This document shows positions 1 to 10,027 of a DNA stretch of 64,000 nt, in pieces. The notes below the pieces were generated by a model. It saw only the letters and a program-made list of their open reading frames with translations. It searched no databases and was not told the DNA's origin. Source of the stretch: Planctomycetota bacterium (lineage in GTDB: Bacteria > Planctomycetota > UBA8108 > SXIK01); assembly GCA_965223845.1 (NCBI GenBank), contig CBDCXR010000004.1, positions 1,472,001 through 1,536,000 on the forward strand, written 5' to 3'. Numbering within the stretch: the stretch's first letter is position 1; each line of letters opens with the position of its first letter. The position numbers were made by a program, and so were the translations under genes.

Positions 1-2487
1 TTCGGAGCCGGAGGCGACCTCCAGAGTGCGGATCTCTTCGCCGAGCTCCCCGCAACTGGGCAGCGGGTTTGGATCGGGCCGGCGTTCTGGGCCAATCGGC
101 TTCAAGATTGGCAACTGAGCTCCGGGCGCATCGAGTGCGTGGAGGGACGGCAGGCTAAGCCGATGCGGACGGTGCACGTTCTTACGCATCGGGTGGGCGA
201 CCAGAGCGGCTCGCTGCGACTGGAGGTCGTCACGGGGGAAGTCGAAGCGTCGAATGCCCGTGCCGGCACGGCGGCGGCGGGATTCCTCATCGGCGCTGGA
301 GGGAACAGTCTCGACTACCGAGCCGCCGCGCTCGTTCACCACAGTCCGGGTCCGGGGGCCGGAGTCTTTTGCGGGGTCGATCGCGCGGGGCGTACCTTCA
401 TTCGCGACCACTCCGCACCATCGCCGCCGCCGGATCGCACCGCCGCGCGTGCGCTAGCGTCGGTGCGTCTCGTACTCGATCTCGAACCCGCCGGAGATGC
501 CTATCGCGTGACACTCCGCGGTCTCGATTCGGCGAGCGGAGAACCACTCAGCGAAACGACGGCAACGATTGAGGCTGCGCGCGCGGTGGGTGGGATCGCC
601 CTCGTTTCCCATCCGGGCGAAGAACGAGCGCGCTTTTGGTTCCGCGGCCTCGAGGTGAGCGGTACGAAGCTCGACATCGACGCCTCCCGCACGGCCGGTC
701 CGGTTCTCTCGACTCAGTACACTCTCTCGCGCGGGATCCTCAAGCTCACCGCGCAGCTCATGCCGATCGGACTCGCGCAGGACCGGAGCGTCACGCTCGA
801 AGTGAACGCAGGCGACGGCTGGAAGAACATCGCCACGGCGGAAGTCATCGCGCCCGGCTGGACCGCGACGTTCCGCCTGCCGGGGTGGGACGACAGCCGC
901 GATCTCCCGTACCGAGTGACGCACGAAGGACGTTCGTGGGGCGGAACGATCCGGCGCGACCCGGTGGACAAGCGGACGATCGTCGTCGCCGGCTTCACCG
1001 GGAATCACAACTGTCGCCGGGGAGTCGACCGGCGCGGTCCCTACTACTGGCTGCGCGGCTTGTGGTTTCCGCACGACGATCTCGTCGCGAATCTCGTTCG
1101 GCACGAACCCGACGTCCTCTTCTTCAGCGGTGATCAGGTTTACGAGGGGGCGAGTCCGACGGGCGTCGACCGCGCGAACGTCTATCTCGATTATCTCTAT
1201 AAGTGGTACCTCTGGTGCTGGGCGTTCCGCGATCTTTCGCGAGACATTCCGACGGTGACGATCCCCGACGACCACGACGTCTACCAAGGGAATCTCTGGG
1301 GCGAAGGTGGACGCAAGACCGACAAGGACGACAAGGGAGGCTACGTCTGGCCCGCACCATTCGTCCGCATGGTCGAGCGCACGCAGACGGCGAACCTTCC
1401 CGATCCGTACGATCCGACCCCGATCGCGCAGGAGATCGGAGTCTACTACACCGGAATGACGTACGGACGGATCAGCTTCGCGGTGCTCGAGGACCGGAAG
1501 TTTAAGAGCGGTTGCTCGGGACGCGTGCCGCCGTCGGGAAGTCGTCGCGCCGACCACATCGTCGACGAGGAGTTTGACGTCATGAAGGCGGACGTGCCGG
1601 GAGTTCAGCTCCTCGGACGGCGTCAGCTCGACTTTCTCGCAGACTGGGCGGCCGACTGGCGCGGCGCCGACATGAAGGTCGCGCTTTCCCAGACCGTGTT
1701 CGGTGGTATGGCCACGCACCACGGCGGAAACTTGCAGTACCTGCGCGCCGACCTCGACTCGAACGGCTGGCCGCAGTCCGGTCGGAGACGAGCGCTCGAG
1801 GAGCTACGGCGCGGGTTCGCGTTCCATCTCGCGGGCGATCAACACCTCGCGACGATCGTTCACCACGGAATCGACGATTGGGAGGACGCCGGGTGGTCGT
1901 TTGCGGTGCCGTCGATCGCGAACTTCTATCCGCGCAAGTGGGAGCCGAAGACGGCCGGGGAGAACCGCGAGCCCGGAGCGCCGGAGTACACCGGTCGCCA
2001 TCGTGACGGACTCATGAACCGAGTCACCGTGTTCGGCGCGTCGAATCCGGGTCGATCGACGGGGCGCGAGCCGAAAGATCTCCACGATAGCATGCCCGGG
2101 TACGGGATCCTGCGGCTCGACAAGGAGACGCGAACCATCCGCGTCGAGTGCTGGCCGCGCTACGCCGTTCCCGGCCGCGATGCGCAGTACGAGGGTTGGC
2201 CGCGCGTAGTGACTCAGCAGTCGAACTACGGTCGCGCCGCCCGCGCTTATTTGCCGCGGCTGGAGATCTCCGGCATGGAGGATCCGGTGGTGCAGGTCAT
2301 CGCGGAAGCGACGGGCGAGGTGGTGTACACGATTCGTATCCGCGGTCGCGAGTTTCACCCCTGGGTGTTCGCGCCGGGACGCTACCGCGTCGCCGTCGGC
2401 GAGCCCGGGACGCGCCGATGGAAATCACTCCCCGATCTCGAGGCCGCTTCGCGCGAGTCGGCCGGCGAGCTGCGAGTCGATCTGTGA
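1..2487 (+). CDS. PhoD-like alkaline phosphatase D family metallophosphoesterase (5' end outside window)
   Basis: Frame +1 is open from base 1 (…RVWIGPAFWANRLQDWQ…). Metallophosphatase motifs: FFSGDQVY, IPDDHDVYQGNLWG, EDRKFKS, DLDSNGW, AGDQH. Confidence 0.85.
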   Translation, partial: FGAGGDLQSADLFAELPATGQRVWIGPAFWANRLQDWQLSSGRIECVEGRQAKPMRTVHVLTHRVGDQSGSLRLEVVTGEVEASNARAGTAAAGFLIGAGGNSLDYRAAALVHHSPGPGAGVFCGVDRAGRTFIRDHSAPSPPPDRTAARALASVRLVLDLEPAGDAYRVTLRGLDSASGEPLSETTATIEAARAVGGIALVSHPGEERARFWFRGLEVSGTKLDIDASRTAGPVLSTQYTLSRGILKLTAQLMPIGLAQDRSVTLEVNAGDGWKNIATAEVIAPGWTATFRLPGWDDSRDLPYRVTHEGRSWGGTIRRDPVDKRTIVVAGFTGNHNCRRGVDRRGPYYWLRGLWFPHDDLVANLVRHEPDVLFFSGDQVYEGASPTGVDRANVYLDYLYKWYLWCWAFRDLSRDIPTVTIPDDHDVYQGNLWGEGGRKTDKDDKGGYVWPAPFVRMVERTQTANLPDPYDPTPIAQEIGVYYTGMTYGRISFAVLEDRKFKSGCSGRVPPSGSRRADHIVDEEFDVMKADVPGVQLLGRRQLDFLADWAADWRGADMKVALSQTVFGGMATHHGGNLQYLRADLDSNGWPQSGRRRALEELRRGFAFHLAGDQHLATIVHHGIDDWEDAGWSFAVPSIANFYPRKWEPKTAGENREPGAPEYTGRHRDGLMNRVTVFGASNPGRSTGREPKDLHDSMPGYGILRLDKETRTIRVECWPRYAVPGRDAQYEGWPRVVTQQSNYGRAARAYLPRLEISGMEDPVVQVIAEATGEVVYTIRIRGREFHPWVFAPGRYRVAVGEPGTRRWKSLPDLEAASRESAGELRVDL

Positions 2488-5400
2488 AGCGCTGCGTCAC
2501 ACCGGCGAGTGCGACGAACCGCACGCTTCTCTGGAGCGCCGCGCTGTGCTCGGCCGCGATCCTCGCGCTGCCGCTGCGAGCCGCCACGTTCGAAGCGGAC
2601 GCGGACGGGAAAGGATCCGAGTCGAGGAAGATCGTCCTCATCGCCGGTCCGATCACGGGTCACCCGAAAGATACGCACGAGTACGAGAAGAGCGTCGTCT
2701 TGCTCAAGCATCTGCTCGATCGTGCGCCGAATCTGCGCGGTCTCCTGGTCGAGGCGCACTTCGGAGGCTGGCCGCGAGACGAGTCTACCCTCGATGACGC
2801 CGACTCGATCGTCTTGATCTCCGACGGAGGAGACCGGAACGAAGAGAGCCACCCCCTCTACGTCGGCAATCGAATGGAGACCATCGCACGGCAGATGAAT
2901 CGGGGCTGCGGCTTCGTGAACTTTCACTGGACGACTTTCCATCCCGCGCGCGAGCACGACCGGATCACCGAGTGGGTCGGCGGGTACTTCGACTACGAGA
3001 CCGGACCCGCGCCGCGCAAGTGGTACTCGGCGATCGAGACGAAGGAGTGGCCGGTCGCGCTGCCGTCTCCGCGTCACCCCATCGCGCGGGGGGTTCGACC
3101 GTTCCGAGTCCGCGAGGAGTTCTACTACCGCATCCGTTTTCGCGACGTGGATCCACGGCTCGTTCCGCTCGCCGCGGTGGCCGATGGCCGCGAGGGGGTC
3201 GTGGGGTGGGCCGTCGAACGAGACGACGGCGGCCGCGGATTCGGTTTCACCGGGGGACACTTCTACGCGAACTGGTGGAACACCGACTTTCGCCGATTCA
3301 TCCTGAACGCGATCGTGTGGTCGAGCGGCGCCGAAGTGCCGCCGGGCGGGGTCGAGTCGAACTTGGAAGAACGATTCCGAACCCTCGTCGTGACGGGTCA
3401 TAACCATCCCGCGCACGACTGGCGATCGGTCACGGAAGCACTCATCGGAGTCATCGAGCAAGATCCTCGTGCGATCGTCCATGTCACGGAGAATCCCGAG
3501 CGCCTCGGCGAATCTGGCCTCGAGGCGTACCGAACCCTCGTCTTCAATTATTCGAATTGGGAGCGTCCGGGCCTCAGCGACCGCGCGAAGAAGGGACTCG
3601 TGGACTACCTCTCGTCGGGCGGGGGATTGACGGTAGTTCACTTCGCGAACGGCGCGTTTCATTACTCGCTTCCCCGAAAGGATTCCGATTGGGAGGAGTA
3701 CCGCACTCGCATCGTGCGGCGCGTCTGGGTTCACGGCGAGGGAAAGAGCGGACACGATCCGTACGGTCCTTTTCGCGTCGAGATCGCGGACGTCGAGCAC
3801 GAGGTGACGCGAGGCCTCGAATCGTTCGACACCGTGGACGAGCTGTACTTTCGCCAGGAGGGCCCCCTTCCCGTTGTTCCGCTCGCAAACGCGCGATCCA
3901 AAGTGACCGGGAACGTCGAGCCACTCGCGTGGACCTACGACTACGGACGTGGGCGAGTGTTTCAGACTCTGCTCGGACATGCGGCGGAGTCGGTTCGGCG
4001 CGCCGGCGCGCTCATCCGCCGCGGGACCGTCTGGTCGGCGCGGTCTTCTCCGCTCGGATTCGATCCACCGCCCGAGATCGTCGAGGGCATGCTCTTTCGC
4101 GCGGGAAGTCCGTGGACTGCGGCGGAATCGCGAGCGCGTGCCGAGGCGAACGAAGCGAAAGGCGAGGAGCCGGTGCGCGAGAAAGCGGACGAGCCCGCAG
4201 AAGACGGTTCTGAGTCGGCCGGTGGAGACAAGAGCGCGTCCGAGGGAGTGTTGCCGCCGAACCCCGGGCTCGACGGTGGTCTCGGTGGGCACTGGGGAAT
4301 CAAGAACGATGGCGACTGGAAAGACGGGCGTTGGAATCAAATGGACGTCGGCTCGCTCGTGAGCTCGTCGCTTCGCACGCCCGCCGGCCTCGCTCTCAAG
4401 TCTCTGGCGCTTCGCCTCGGCGACGACGCATCCGCTGCGGCGGCCTTCGATACGGCCGATCTCGCGTATCGGGTTGCGTGGACGGGCGAGTTCATTTCGT
4501 TCGACCCGCAGCGGTTTGGGGTGATCGCGATGCCGAGGATCGCGGGAACGATCGAGCTCATCGGCGCCGAAGGGAAGGCGTGGGGAGATGCCGCCACTCG
4601 CTATCGTCGACTCTACCGAGGTGCGCGGCCCGTGCTCGAGTACGAGGTGAACGGGATTCGCATCCGCGACGCGCCGTGGGCGGATCACCTCGGAGAGCTG
4701 CGAGCATTCACGCGAGACTTCGCTGTCGCCCCGCGCGATCGGAGTCTCGCGACCGTTTTGTGTACGGGAACGGCAGCCGCGAAACTGAACTCGAGGCACT
4801 TTCAGCGCGCCCTCGTCCCCGCGAAGGGCGATCACGTCAACGCGATCGCACTCCTCGGGGCGGAAGCTGCGGAGGCGTGGCTTCGGGTCGACGGACCGAA
4901 AGTGATTCTCGAGTTCGGTCCAGCGACGAAGCCGACTTCGTGTCGCGTCGTTCTCGCTCGCGTGCCGCGTGCCGGCGTCGACGAGTTTTTCCGATCCGCC
5001 GCGGAACTCTCTCGCCCGTCTCCCTCGACGGCGATCGCGGCGGCCATGATGCCGTCGCGCCCTCGCTGGAAGACGCTCAAGACGTCAGGGCGGCTCGGTG
5101 CGGGCTCGGGTGCCTACGTCATCGATACGATCGATCTCCCACTCGAGAATCCCTACCGCGCGCTCTTCTTCCTGAGCGGTCACGATTTCTTCCGCGACGG
5201 TAGAGCGGCCGTGAGCACTCTTCACGGCGACGTGTGGATCGCGAGCGGGCTCGACGCGGATCTCGGAGAGATCGAGTGGCGGCGTTTCGCAACCGGCCTC
5301 TACCAGCCGCTCGGACTGAAGATCGTTCGCGACGAAGTGTACGTGCGCGGTCGCGATCAGATCACTCGACTCTCCGATCGCAACGGCGACGGTGAAGCGG

Positions 5401-8400
5401 ATTTGTACGAGGCGTTTTCCCACACGACGAAGACGACCGCGAACGGACACGATTACGTCTCCTCTCTCGAGACCGATGCGAGCGGGAACTTCTACTACGT
5501 GAGCCCGCGTGGTCTTCACCGCGTGGCGCCGGACGGATCGAGTGAACAAGTCATCGCCACCGGTTGGCGGAACCCGAACGGGCTTTCCGTCAGCGCGGAG
5601 GGCGTGATCACCGTCGCCCCGCAGGAGGGCGAGTGGACTCCGGCATCGCAGATCGTCGAAGTAAAGCTCGGCGGCTACTACGGCTATCCGGGGCCGCGAC
5701 CCGACGTGTCGAGGCCGCGCGGATACGATCTTCCGCTCTGCTATCTGCCGCGCGGCGTGGACAACTCGACCGGCGGTCAGGTGTGGGTCGAACGAGTTGA
5801 CTGGGGGCCGCTCTCCGGACAACTGCTCAGCTTTTCGTTCGGAACGAGCTCGATGCAGCTCATTCTTCGCGACCGCGTCGGCGATCAGCCGCAAGGCGCA
5901 GTCGTCAAGCTCGACGGACGATTCCGATCCGGCGCGATGCGTGGCCGGTTTCATCCACGGACGGGCGATCTCTACGTCAGTGGCATGCAGGGCTGGGTAA
6001 CGAACGCGGTCGAAGACGGTTGCCTTGAGCGTGTCCGCTACACTGGGGCGCCACTCGCGCTTCCGACCGACTACCGCGTGCACGAGAACGGCCTCTGGCT
6101 TCGCTTCAGCGAGCCGCTCGACGCCGCGACCGCTGGAGATGCGGGGAGCTACCGGCTCGAAGCGTGGAATTACGAGTACGCGAAGACCTACGGTTCGAAG
6201 GAGTACTCCGCCCGTCACCCGAAGCGAGAGGGACACGATCCCGTGTCGCTTCGTTCGGTCCGCGTATTCGACGGCGGTCGAGAGATCTTCCTCGAGGTTC
6301 CCGCGCTCGAACCCGTCGATCAGCTTTCGGTGAGCGCGTTTTTGGATGCGGCAGACGGTCGGGATGCTTCGATCGATCTCGTCGCGACGGTCCACGCGCT
6401 CCATCCCCCGTTCGAGCTCGAGCCGGCTCCGGCGCCGGGGGCGACCGGCGCGCGGCCGACCGCGGAAGCAGGTTCGCGAGACGACGCTCGCTCGGGGCTC
6501 GAGCTCACACTCAGACCGCTCGCGGGTGGAGAACCGGATCATCGCCGAGCTCGCCGCGCCGCGCTCTTCGTCGGCGCGGGAGAGTCGCCGAGCCCGTTCA
6601 TCGAGCCGGGCCCATTCCTCGCCGTGTTTCGCGGGGAGCTCGTTCTTCCGCAACGAGACAAAGTTCGCTTTCGTGTCCGGGGGAGTGGGCGCGCGCAGCT
6701 CGAGCTCGATGGCCGCGTCGTGTTCGAGTCGGAGAGCGACGAAAGCTCTCGCCTCGCCGAAGGCTGGAGTCCTCCCGTCCGGGTGCGCGCCGGACGGACA
6801 GCGATCGTCCTCTCCTACCGATCGCCGGACCGAGGCGACGCGACGCTTCGCCTCTACTGGGAGGGGCGGGAGTTTCGGGAAGAGACCGTGTCGGCGGAGT
6901 TTCTGTCCCATTCGCCTTCGCTCGACCTCCGACGCGCCGAGCGAGTAAGGCGCGGACGCGAGCTCGTCGCGCGTCACCGCTGCCTCGACTGTCACCGGGC
7001 GGACGCCGCCGAGCTTCGCCGGGGAATGCCCGAGCTCTCGTTCGGCGGGCCGACGCTCGACGGCATCGGGTCGCGGCTGCGTGAGGAATGGCTCGCGCGA
7101 TGGATCGAGCATCCCGCGCGCGAGCGGCCCGGCGCGACGATGCCCCGCGTGCTCGCGCCTCGCGGCGTCCTCGATGACGTTTCTCCGACGGCGACCGTGT
7201 CGATCGATCGCCGAGCGCTCGATATCGCGGCGTACCTTTCGACTCTCCGTGCCGAGGTGACTCGACGCCACGGGGGCGCTCCGCCGCGAGCGAGCGCCCG
7301 CGCGGGCGGCGATCTCTTCGCGCGTCTCGGGTGCTTCGCTTGTCACACGTTCGACTCGGACACCGCCGACGGCGAGCTCACGCCGCTCACTCACGTCGCG
7401 GCTAAGTGGCAGCCCGGTGCACTCCGAGAGTATCTCCTCGAACCGCACAGTCACTTTCCCGCGACTCGCATGCCGGACTTCGATCTGTCGGGCGCCGAAG
7501 CGGATCAGCTCGCGGCGTTTCTCCTCGCACGAACGGCAGCTTCCCCGGTCGGCGACCGGCAGCCACCGATCCGCGTTCCGGCGTCGGCCCTTCGCGGGGA
7601 CCGCGAACGAGGTCGGTCCCTCGCCGAAGCGAACGGATGCGCGAACTGTCACGAAATCCCTGGTGTCGCGCCGCAACCGGCCGCACCGTTCGAGAAGATC
7701 GCACGCCTCGATTGGTCGAAGCGAGGCTGCGCGGCGCCGCCGTCGACTCGGCGGTCGGCCGCACCTCGGCTCGAGCTCGGAGATCGCGATCGACGTGCGA
7801 TCGCGCAGTTTGGGCGCCATGCGCACAGCCTCTTTCGCCGGTCGATGGCGGAGGCGGCGGAGCGCACCGTGCGGGGGTTCGCTTGCACCGCGTGTCACGC
7901 GCGCGACGGCGAAGCGGCGCGCTGGGACGAGCGTGAAGCGGCGTTCGAGCATCTACGGATTCCGCGAGAGTCGCGGATCTCCGTCCAGACGCGACCTGCG
8001 CTCTCGTTTTTCGGGGAGCAGCTCCGCGTCCAGTGGATCGCGCGGCTCCTCGGGGGAGATCTCGGGTACCGTCTTCGCCCGTGGCTCGACGCGCGGATGC
8101 CGTCGTTCGGTCCGCTTGCTGCGAGCCTCGCGGACGGATTCGCTCACGCCGACGGATTCTCGGCTCGTCCGCGTCCGCAGCGGTCCGCGACATCGGCCGC
8201 GCGAGACTCCGCCCGAGAGGGCAAGACGCTCCTTGGCTCGGCGAGCGGACTCAGCTGCACTTCGTGCCATCCCGTTGGCTCGAGGCCGGCGGAGAACGAT
8301 CTTCACTTCGGAGTCGTGAACCTCGCGCACAGCGCGGAGCGCCTTCGTCCGGAGTTCTTCCGGCGATGGATGCTGAATCCGCAGCGCATCGCACCGGGGA

Positions 8401-8570
8401 CGGCGATGCCCGCCTACGCGGACCGCGACGGCCTGTCGGTCCTGGCAAGCGCCTTCGAGGGCGACGCCGAGCGTCAGTTTGCCGCAATTTGGGCCTACCT
8501 GTGTGATCGACCGGAGACACCCGACGCGGGTGGCGGTGAGTCGGGTCCGGCTCCCGAATCGGCGCGATGA
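2484..8570 (+). CDS. Large secreted protein: two ThuA-like domains, DUF6797/sorbosone dehydrogenase-like beta-propeller, PA14-like domain and pentaheme cytochrome c region
   Basis: GTG at 2484 overlaps the phoD stop (GTGA) and is followed by a signal peptide. ThuA motifs: EEFYY…GRGFGFTGGH and DELYF…GRVFQTLLGH. Propeller motifs: FATGLYQPLG, ATGWRNPNG, QEGEWTP. Five CxxCH motifs: CLDCH, CFACH, CANCH, CTACH, CTSCH. Confidence 0.8.
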   Translation: MKRCVTPASATNRTLLWSAALCSAAILALPLRAATFEADADGKGSESRKIVLIAGPITGHPKDTHEYEKSVVLLKHLLDRAPNLRGLLVEAHFGGWPRDESTLDDADSIVLISDGGDRNEESHPLYVGNRMETIARQMNRGCGFVNFHWTTFHPAREHDRITEWVGGYFDYETGPAPRKWYSAIETKEWPVALPSPRHPIARGVRPFRVREEFYYRIRFRDVDPRLVPLAAVADGREGVVGWAVERDDGGRGFGFTGGHFYANWWNTDFRRFILNAIVWSSGAEVPPGGVESNLEERFRTLVVTGHNHPAHDWRSVTEALIGVIEQDPRAIVHVTENPERLGESGLEAYRTLVFNYSNWERPGLSDRAKKGLVDYLSSGGGLTVVHFANGAFHYSLPRKDSDWEEYRTRIVRRVWVHGEGKSGHDPYGPFRVEIADVEHEVTRGLESFDTVDELYFRQEGPLPVVPLANARSKVTGNVEPLAWTYDYGRGRVFQTLLGHAAESVRRAGALIRRGTVWSARSSPLGFDPPPEIVEGMLFRAGSPWTAAESRARAEANEAKGEEPVREKADEPAEDGSESAGGDKSASEGVLPPNPGLDGGLGGHWGIKNDGDWKDGRWNQMDVGSLVSSSLRTPAGLALKSLALRLGDDASAAAAFDTADLAYRVAWTGEFISFDPQRFGVIAMPRIAGTIELIGAEGKAWGDAATRYRRLYRGARPVLEYEVNGIRIRDAPWADHLGELRAFTRDFAVAPRDRSLATVLCTGTAAAKLNSRHFQRALVPAKGDHVNAIALLGAEAAEAWLRVDGPKVILEFGPATKPTSCRVVLARVPRAGVDEFFRSAAELSRPSPSTAIAAAMMPSRPRWKTLKTSGRLGAGSGAYVIDTIDLPLENPYRALFFLSGHDFFRDGRAAVSTLHGDVWIASGLDADLGEIEWRRFATGLYQPLGLKIVRDEVYVRGRDQITRLSDRNGDGEADLYEAFSHTTKTTANGHDYVSSLETDASGNFYYVSPRGLHRVAPDGSSEQVIATGWRNPNGLSVSAEGVITVAPQEGEWTPASQIVEVKLGGYYGYPGPRPDVSRPRGYDLPLCYLPRGVDNSTGGQVWVERVDWGPLSGQLLSFSFGTSSMQLILRDRVGDQPQGAVVKLDGRFRSGAMRGRFHPRTGDLYVSGMQGWVTNAVEDGCLERVRYTGAPLALPTDYRVHENGLWLRFSEPLDAATAGDAGSYRLEAWNYEYAKTYGSKEYSARHPKREGHDPVSLRSVRVFDGGREIFLEVPALEPVDQLSVSAFLDAADGRDASIDLVATVHALHPPFELEPAPAPGATGARPTAEAGSRDDARSGLELTLRPLAGGEPDHRRARRAALFVGAGESPSPFIEPGPFLAVFRGELVLPQRDKVRFRVRGSGRAQLELDGRVVFESESDESSRLAEGWSPPVRVRAGRTAIVLSYRSPDRGDATLRLYWEGREFREETVSAEFLSHSPSLDLRRAERVRRGRELVARHRCLDCHRADAAELRRGMPELSFGGPTLDGIGSRLREEWLARWIEHPARERPGATMPRVLAPRGVLDDVSPTATVSIDRRALDIAAYLSTLRAEVTRRHGGAPPRASARAGGDLFARLGCFACHTFDSDTADGELTPLTHVAAKWQPGALREYLLEPHSHFPATRMPDFDLSGAEADQLAAFLLARTAASPVGDRQPPIRVPASALRGDRERGRSLAEANGCANCHEIPGVAPQPAAPFEKIARLDWSKRGCAAPPSTRRSAAPRLELGDRDRRAIAQFGRHAHSLFRRSMAEAAERTVRGFACTACHARDGEAARWDEREAAFEHLRIPRESRISVQTRPALSFFGEQLRVQWIARLLGGDLGYRLRPWLDARMPSFGPLAASLADGFAHADGFSARPRPQRSATSAARDSAREGKTLLGSASGLSCTSCHPVGSRPAENDLHFGVVNLAHSAERLRPEFFRRWMLNPQRIAPGTAMPAYADRDGLSVLASAFEGDAERQFAAIWAYLCDRPETPDAGGGESGPAPESAR

Positions 8571-8582
8571 GCCGCGAGGATC

Positions 8583-8620
8583 TGGAATCGGAGCAAGGGT
8601 TCTCCCTACAATCGCCGCGA
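8583..8620 (+). promoter_or_regulatory. Putative sigma70-type promoter of tRNA-Leu(TAG)
   Basis: TACAAT at 8607-8612 followed by a GC-rich discriminator (CGCCGCG). The -35 candidate TGGAAT at 8583 is weak. Confidence 0.35.
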
Positions 8621-8631
8621 TCGCCCATCGT

Positions 8632-8716
8632 GCGAGAGTGGCGGAACTGGCAGACGCGCAAGATTTAGGTTCTTGTCCCTTCGGGGGTATGGGTTCGAGT
8701 CCCATCTCTCGCACCA
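8632..8716 (+). tRNA. tRNA-Leu (anticodon TAG)
   Basis: Acceptor stem GCGAGAG/CTCTCGC plus ACCA. D-arm GGCGGAACTGGCAGACGC. Anticodon arm CAAGA-TTTAGGT-TCTTG. Long variable arm CCC-TTCG-GGG. T-loop GGTTCGAGTCC. Confidence 0.97.
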
Positions 8717-8803
8717 ATTCAATTCTCTACGCGGACGGCGTTCGCTCCGATCGGAGCCCGCGGTCAGCCTCCGGAAGCCGCAGCTCGAAGTGTCCTCGAT
8801 CCC

Positions 8804-9712
8804 GTGACGACCGCCGCCGTACAGCGCATCGGCGCGAGCCTTCGCGCCGCGTTCCTCGAGGGCGACGCGGCGGACTCGGGCCTCGACGATCTCCTCGCGG
8901 AGACCGGGGCGCGAGCCGCCGGGCTCTGGCGGCGAGCTTCCGGTGAAGATCGACTCGCTCTAGTCGGCTTCCGCGCGGTGCCCGACATGCCGAGAGACGT
9001 GAGCGACGGATTCGCCGAGGCGATGCGAGCACCTTCGCTTCGGGAAACGGGACTCGCATGTGTGGCGGCAGTCGTCCTCCGAGAGACGCAGATGGGGACG
9101 CTCGACGCCGCCGAAAGTGGCCTTCCGGGTTCGGCGAGCTGGCTCGCTCGATTCGCGGCTCGGCAGTCCGTCGCGGTTCCGTTCTCCGGTCGAGGTGGCG
9201 CCGAGGGGGTCGTCGCGATCTCGACGGCGGTTCCGCTCCGGCGCGGAGACTCGGTTTGGACGCTCATGCACGCGGTGGCGACCGTGCTTGCGGGCACGGA
9301 TGGTTCAGGTGTCAGCGCCGAACCCGACCGCGAGGCGCAGCGTTCGATCGCGGAAACTCTCGGGATCGGTGCGCTCCGTCGGCATGTATTTCTCTGCTGC
9401 GACCAGGCGAAGCCGAAGTGCTGCGACCGTTCACGCTCCGTCGTCGCGTGGAATCACCTGAAGCGTCGACTCAAAGAGCTCGGTCTCGTCGACCGAGGCG
9501 GGGTGCAGCGGACAAAGGCGAACTGTCTCCGCATCTGTGCCGGCGGCCCGATCGCGGTCGTGTATCCGGACGGCGCCTGGTACGGAGAATGCGACCCTCC
9601 GGTCATCGACCGGATCATCGAGGAGCACCTCATCGGTGGCCGGCCGGTGAAGGAGCATCTCATCGCACTGGAGCCGCTCACCGGAGAAGCTCTCGGCCGG
9701 CGGACCGAGTAG
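8804..9712 (+). CDS. GAF-like domain fused to thioredoxin-like [2Fe-2S] ferredoxin
   Basis: C-terminal [14 protein letters not shown]…[25 protein letters not shown]…IIEEHLIGG matches thioredoxin-like 2Fe-2S ferredoxins. The N-terminal ~160 aa is GAF-like (…SVAVPF…GVVAIST). Confidence 0.75.
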   Translation: MTTAAVQRIGASLRAAFLEGDAADSGLDDLLAETGARAAGLWRRASGEDRLALVGFRAVPDMPRDVSDGFAEAMRAPSLRETGLACVAAVVLRETQMGTLDAAESGLPGSASWLARFAARQSVAVPFSGRGGAEGVVAISTAVPLRRGDSVWTLMHAVATVLAGTDGSGVSAEPDREAQRSIAETLGIGALRRHVFLCCDQAKPKCCDRSRSVVAWNHLKRRLKELGLVDRGGVQRTKANCLRICAGGPIAVVYPDGAWYGECDPPVIDRIIEEHLIGGRPVKEHLIALEPLTGEALGRRTE

Positions 9713-9713
9713 C

Positions 9714-9822
9714 GCTCGCTCGTCGGGGTGAAGTCGGCGCGGCGTCGCCGCGTCGGCGAGGGGGCTTCGCGAAAGCGCCCTCACAAGGACGTCTTAGTTT
9801 CAAGACAAGCGCAACGCGCTTG
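9714..9822. repeat. 109-bp palindromic repeat unit, copy 1
   Basis: Matches 9901-10009 with 3 mismatches and contains several hairpins. Confidence 0.9.
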
Positions 9823-9900
9823 CTTGAGATCGCCCTCCCGGTCGCGAAAGGTACCTAGGACCAGTTTGGACCGGCGCCCGTGGGCGCGAACGAGCCGAAG

Positions 9901-10027
9901 GCTCGCTCGTCGGGGTGAAGTCGGCGCGGCGTCGCCGCGTCGGCGAGGGGGTTTCGCGAAAGCGCCCTCACAAGGACGTCTTAGTTTCAACAGAAGCGCA
10001 ACGCGCTTGTGTTGAAACTAAGACGTA
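9901..10027. repeat. 109-bp palindromic repeat unit, copy 2, extended into a long hairpin overlapping the regA stop codon
   Basis: Perfect 17-bp inverted repeat ACGTCTTAGTTTCAACA / TGTTGAAACTAAGACGT enclosing AAGCGC-AAC-GCGCTT. Confidence 0.9.

Noticed and set aside
2382-7952. Long antisense ORFs (2382-4835, 5085-7952) and many similar ones across the window
   Set aside because: These are shadow ORFs expected in high-GC coding DNA. They lie opposite well-supported genes and show no recognisable motifs.
9985-10018. GTTTCAAC…GTTGAAAC palindrome resembling a CRISPR repeat
   Set aside because: There is only one full and one degenerate copy, at a 187-bp period. The flanks are shared rather than unique spacers, and there are no cas genes in the window.
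9977-10027. Hairpin with AAC/GTT ends considered as an integron attC site
   Set aside because: It is too short, does not fit RYYYAAC / GTTRRRY, and there is no integrase or cassette-like gene array.
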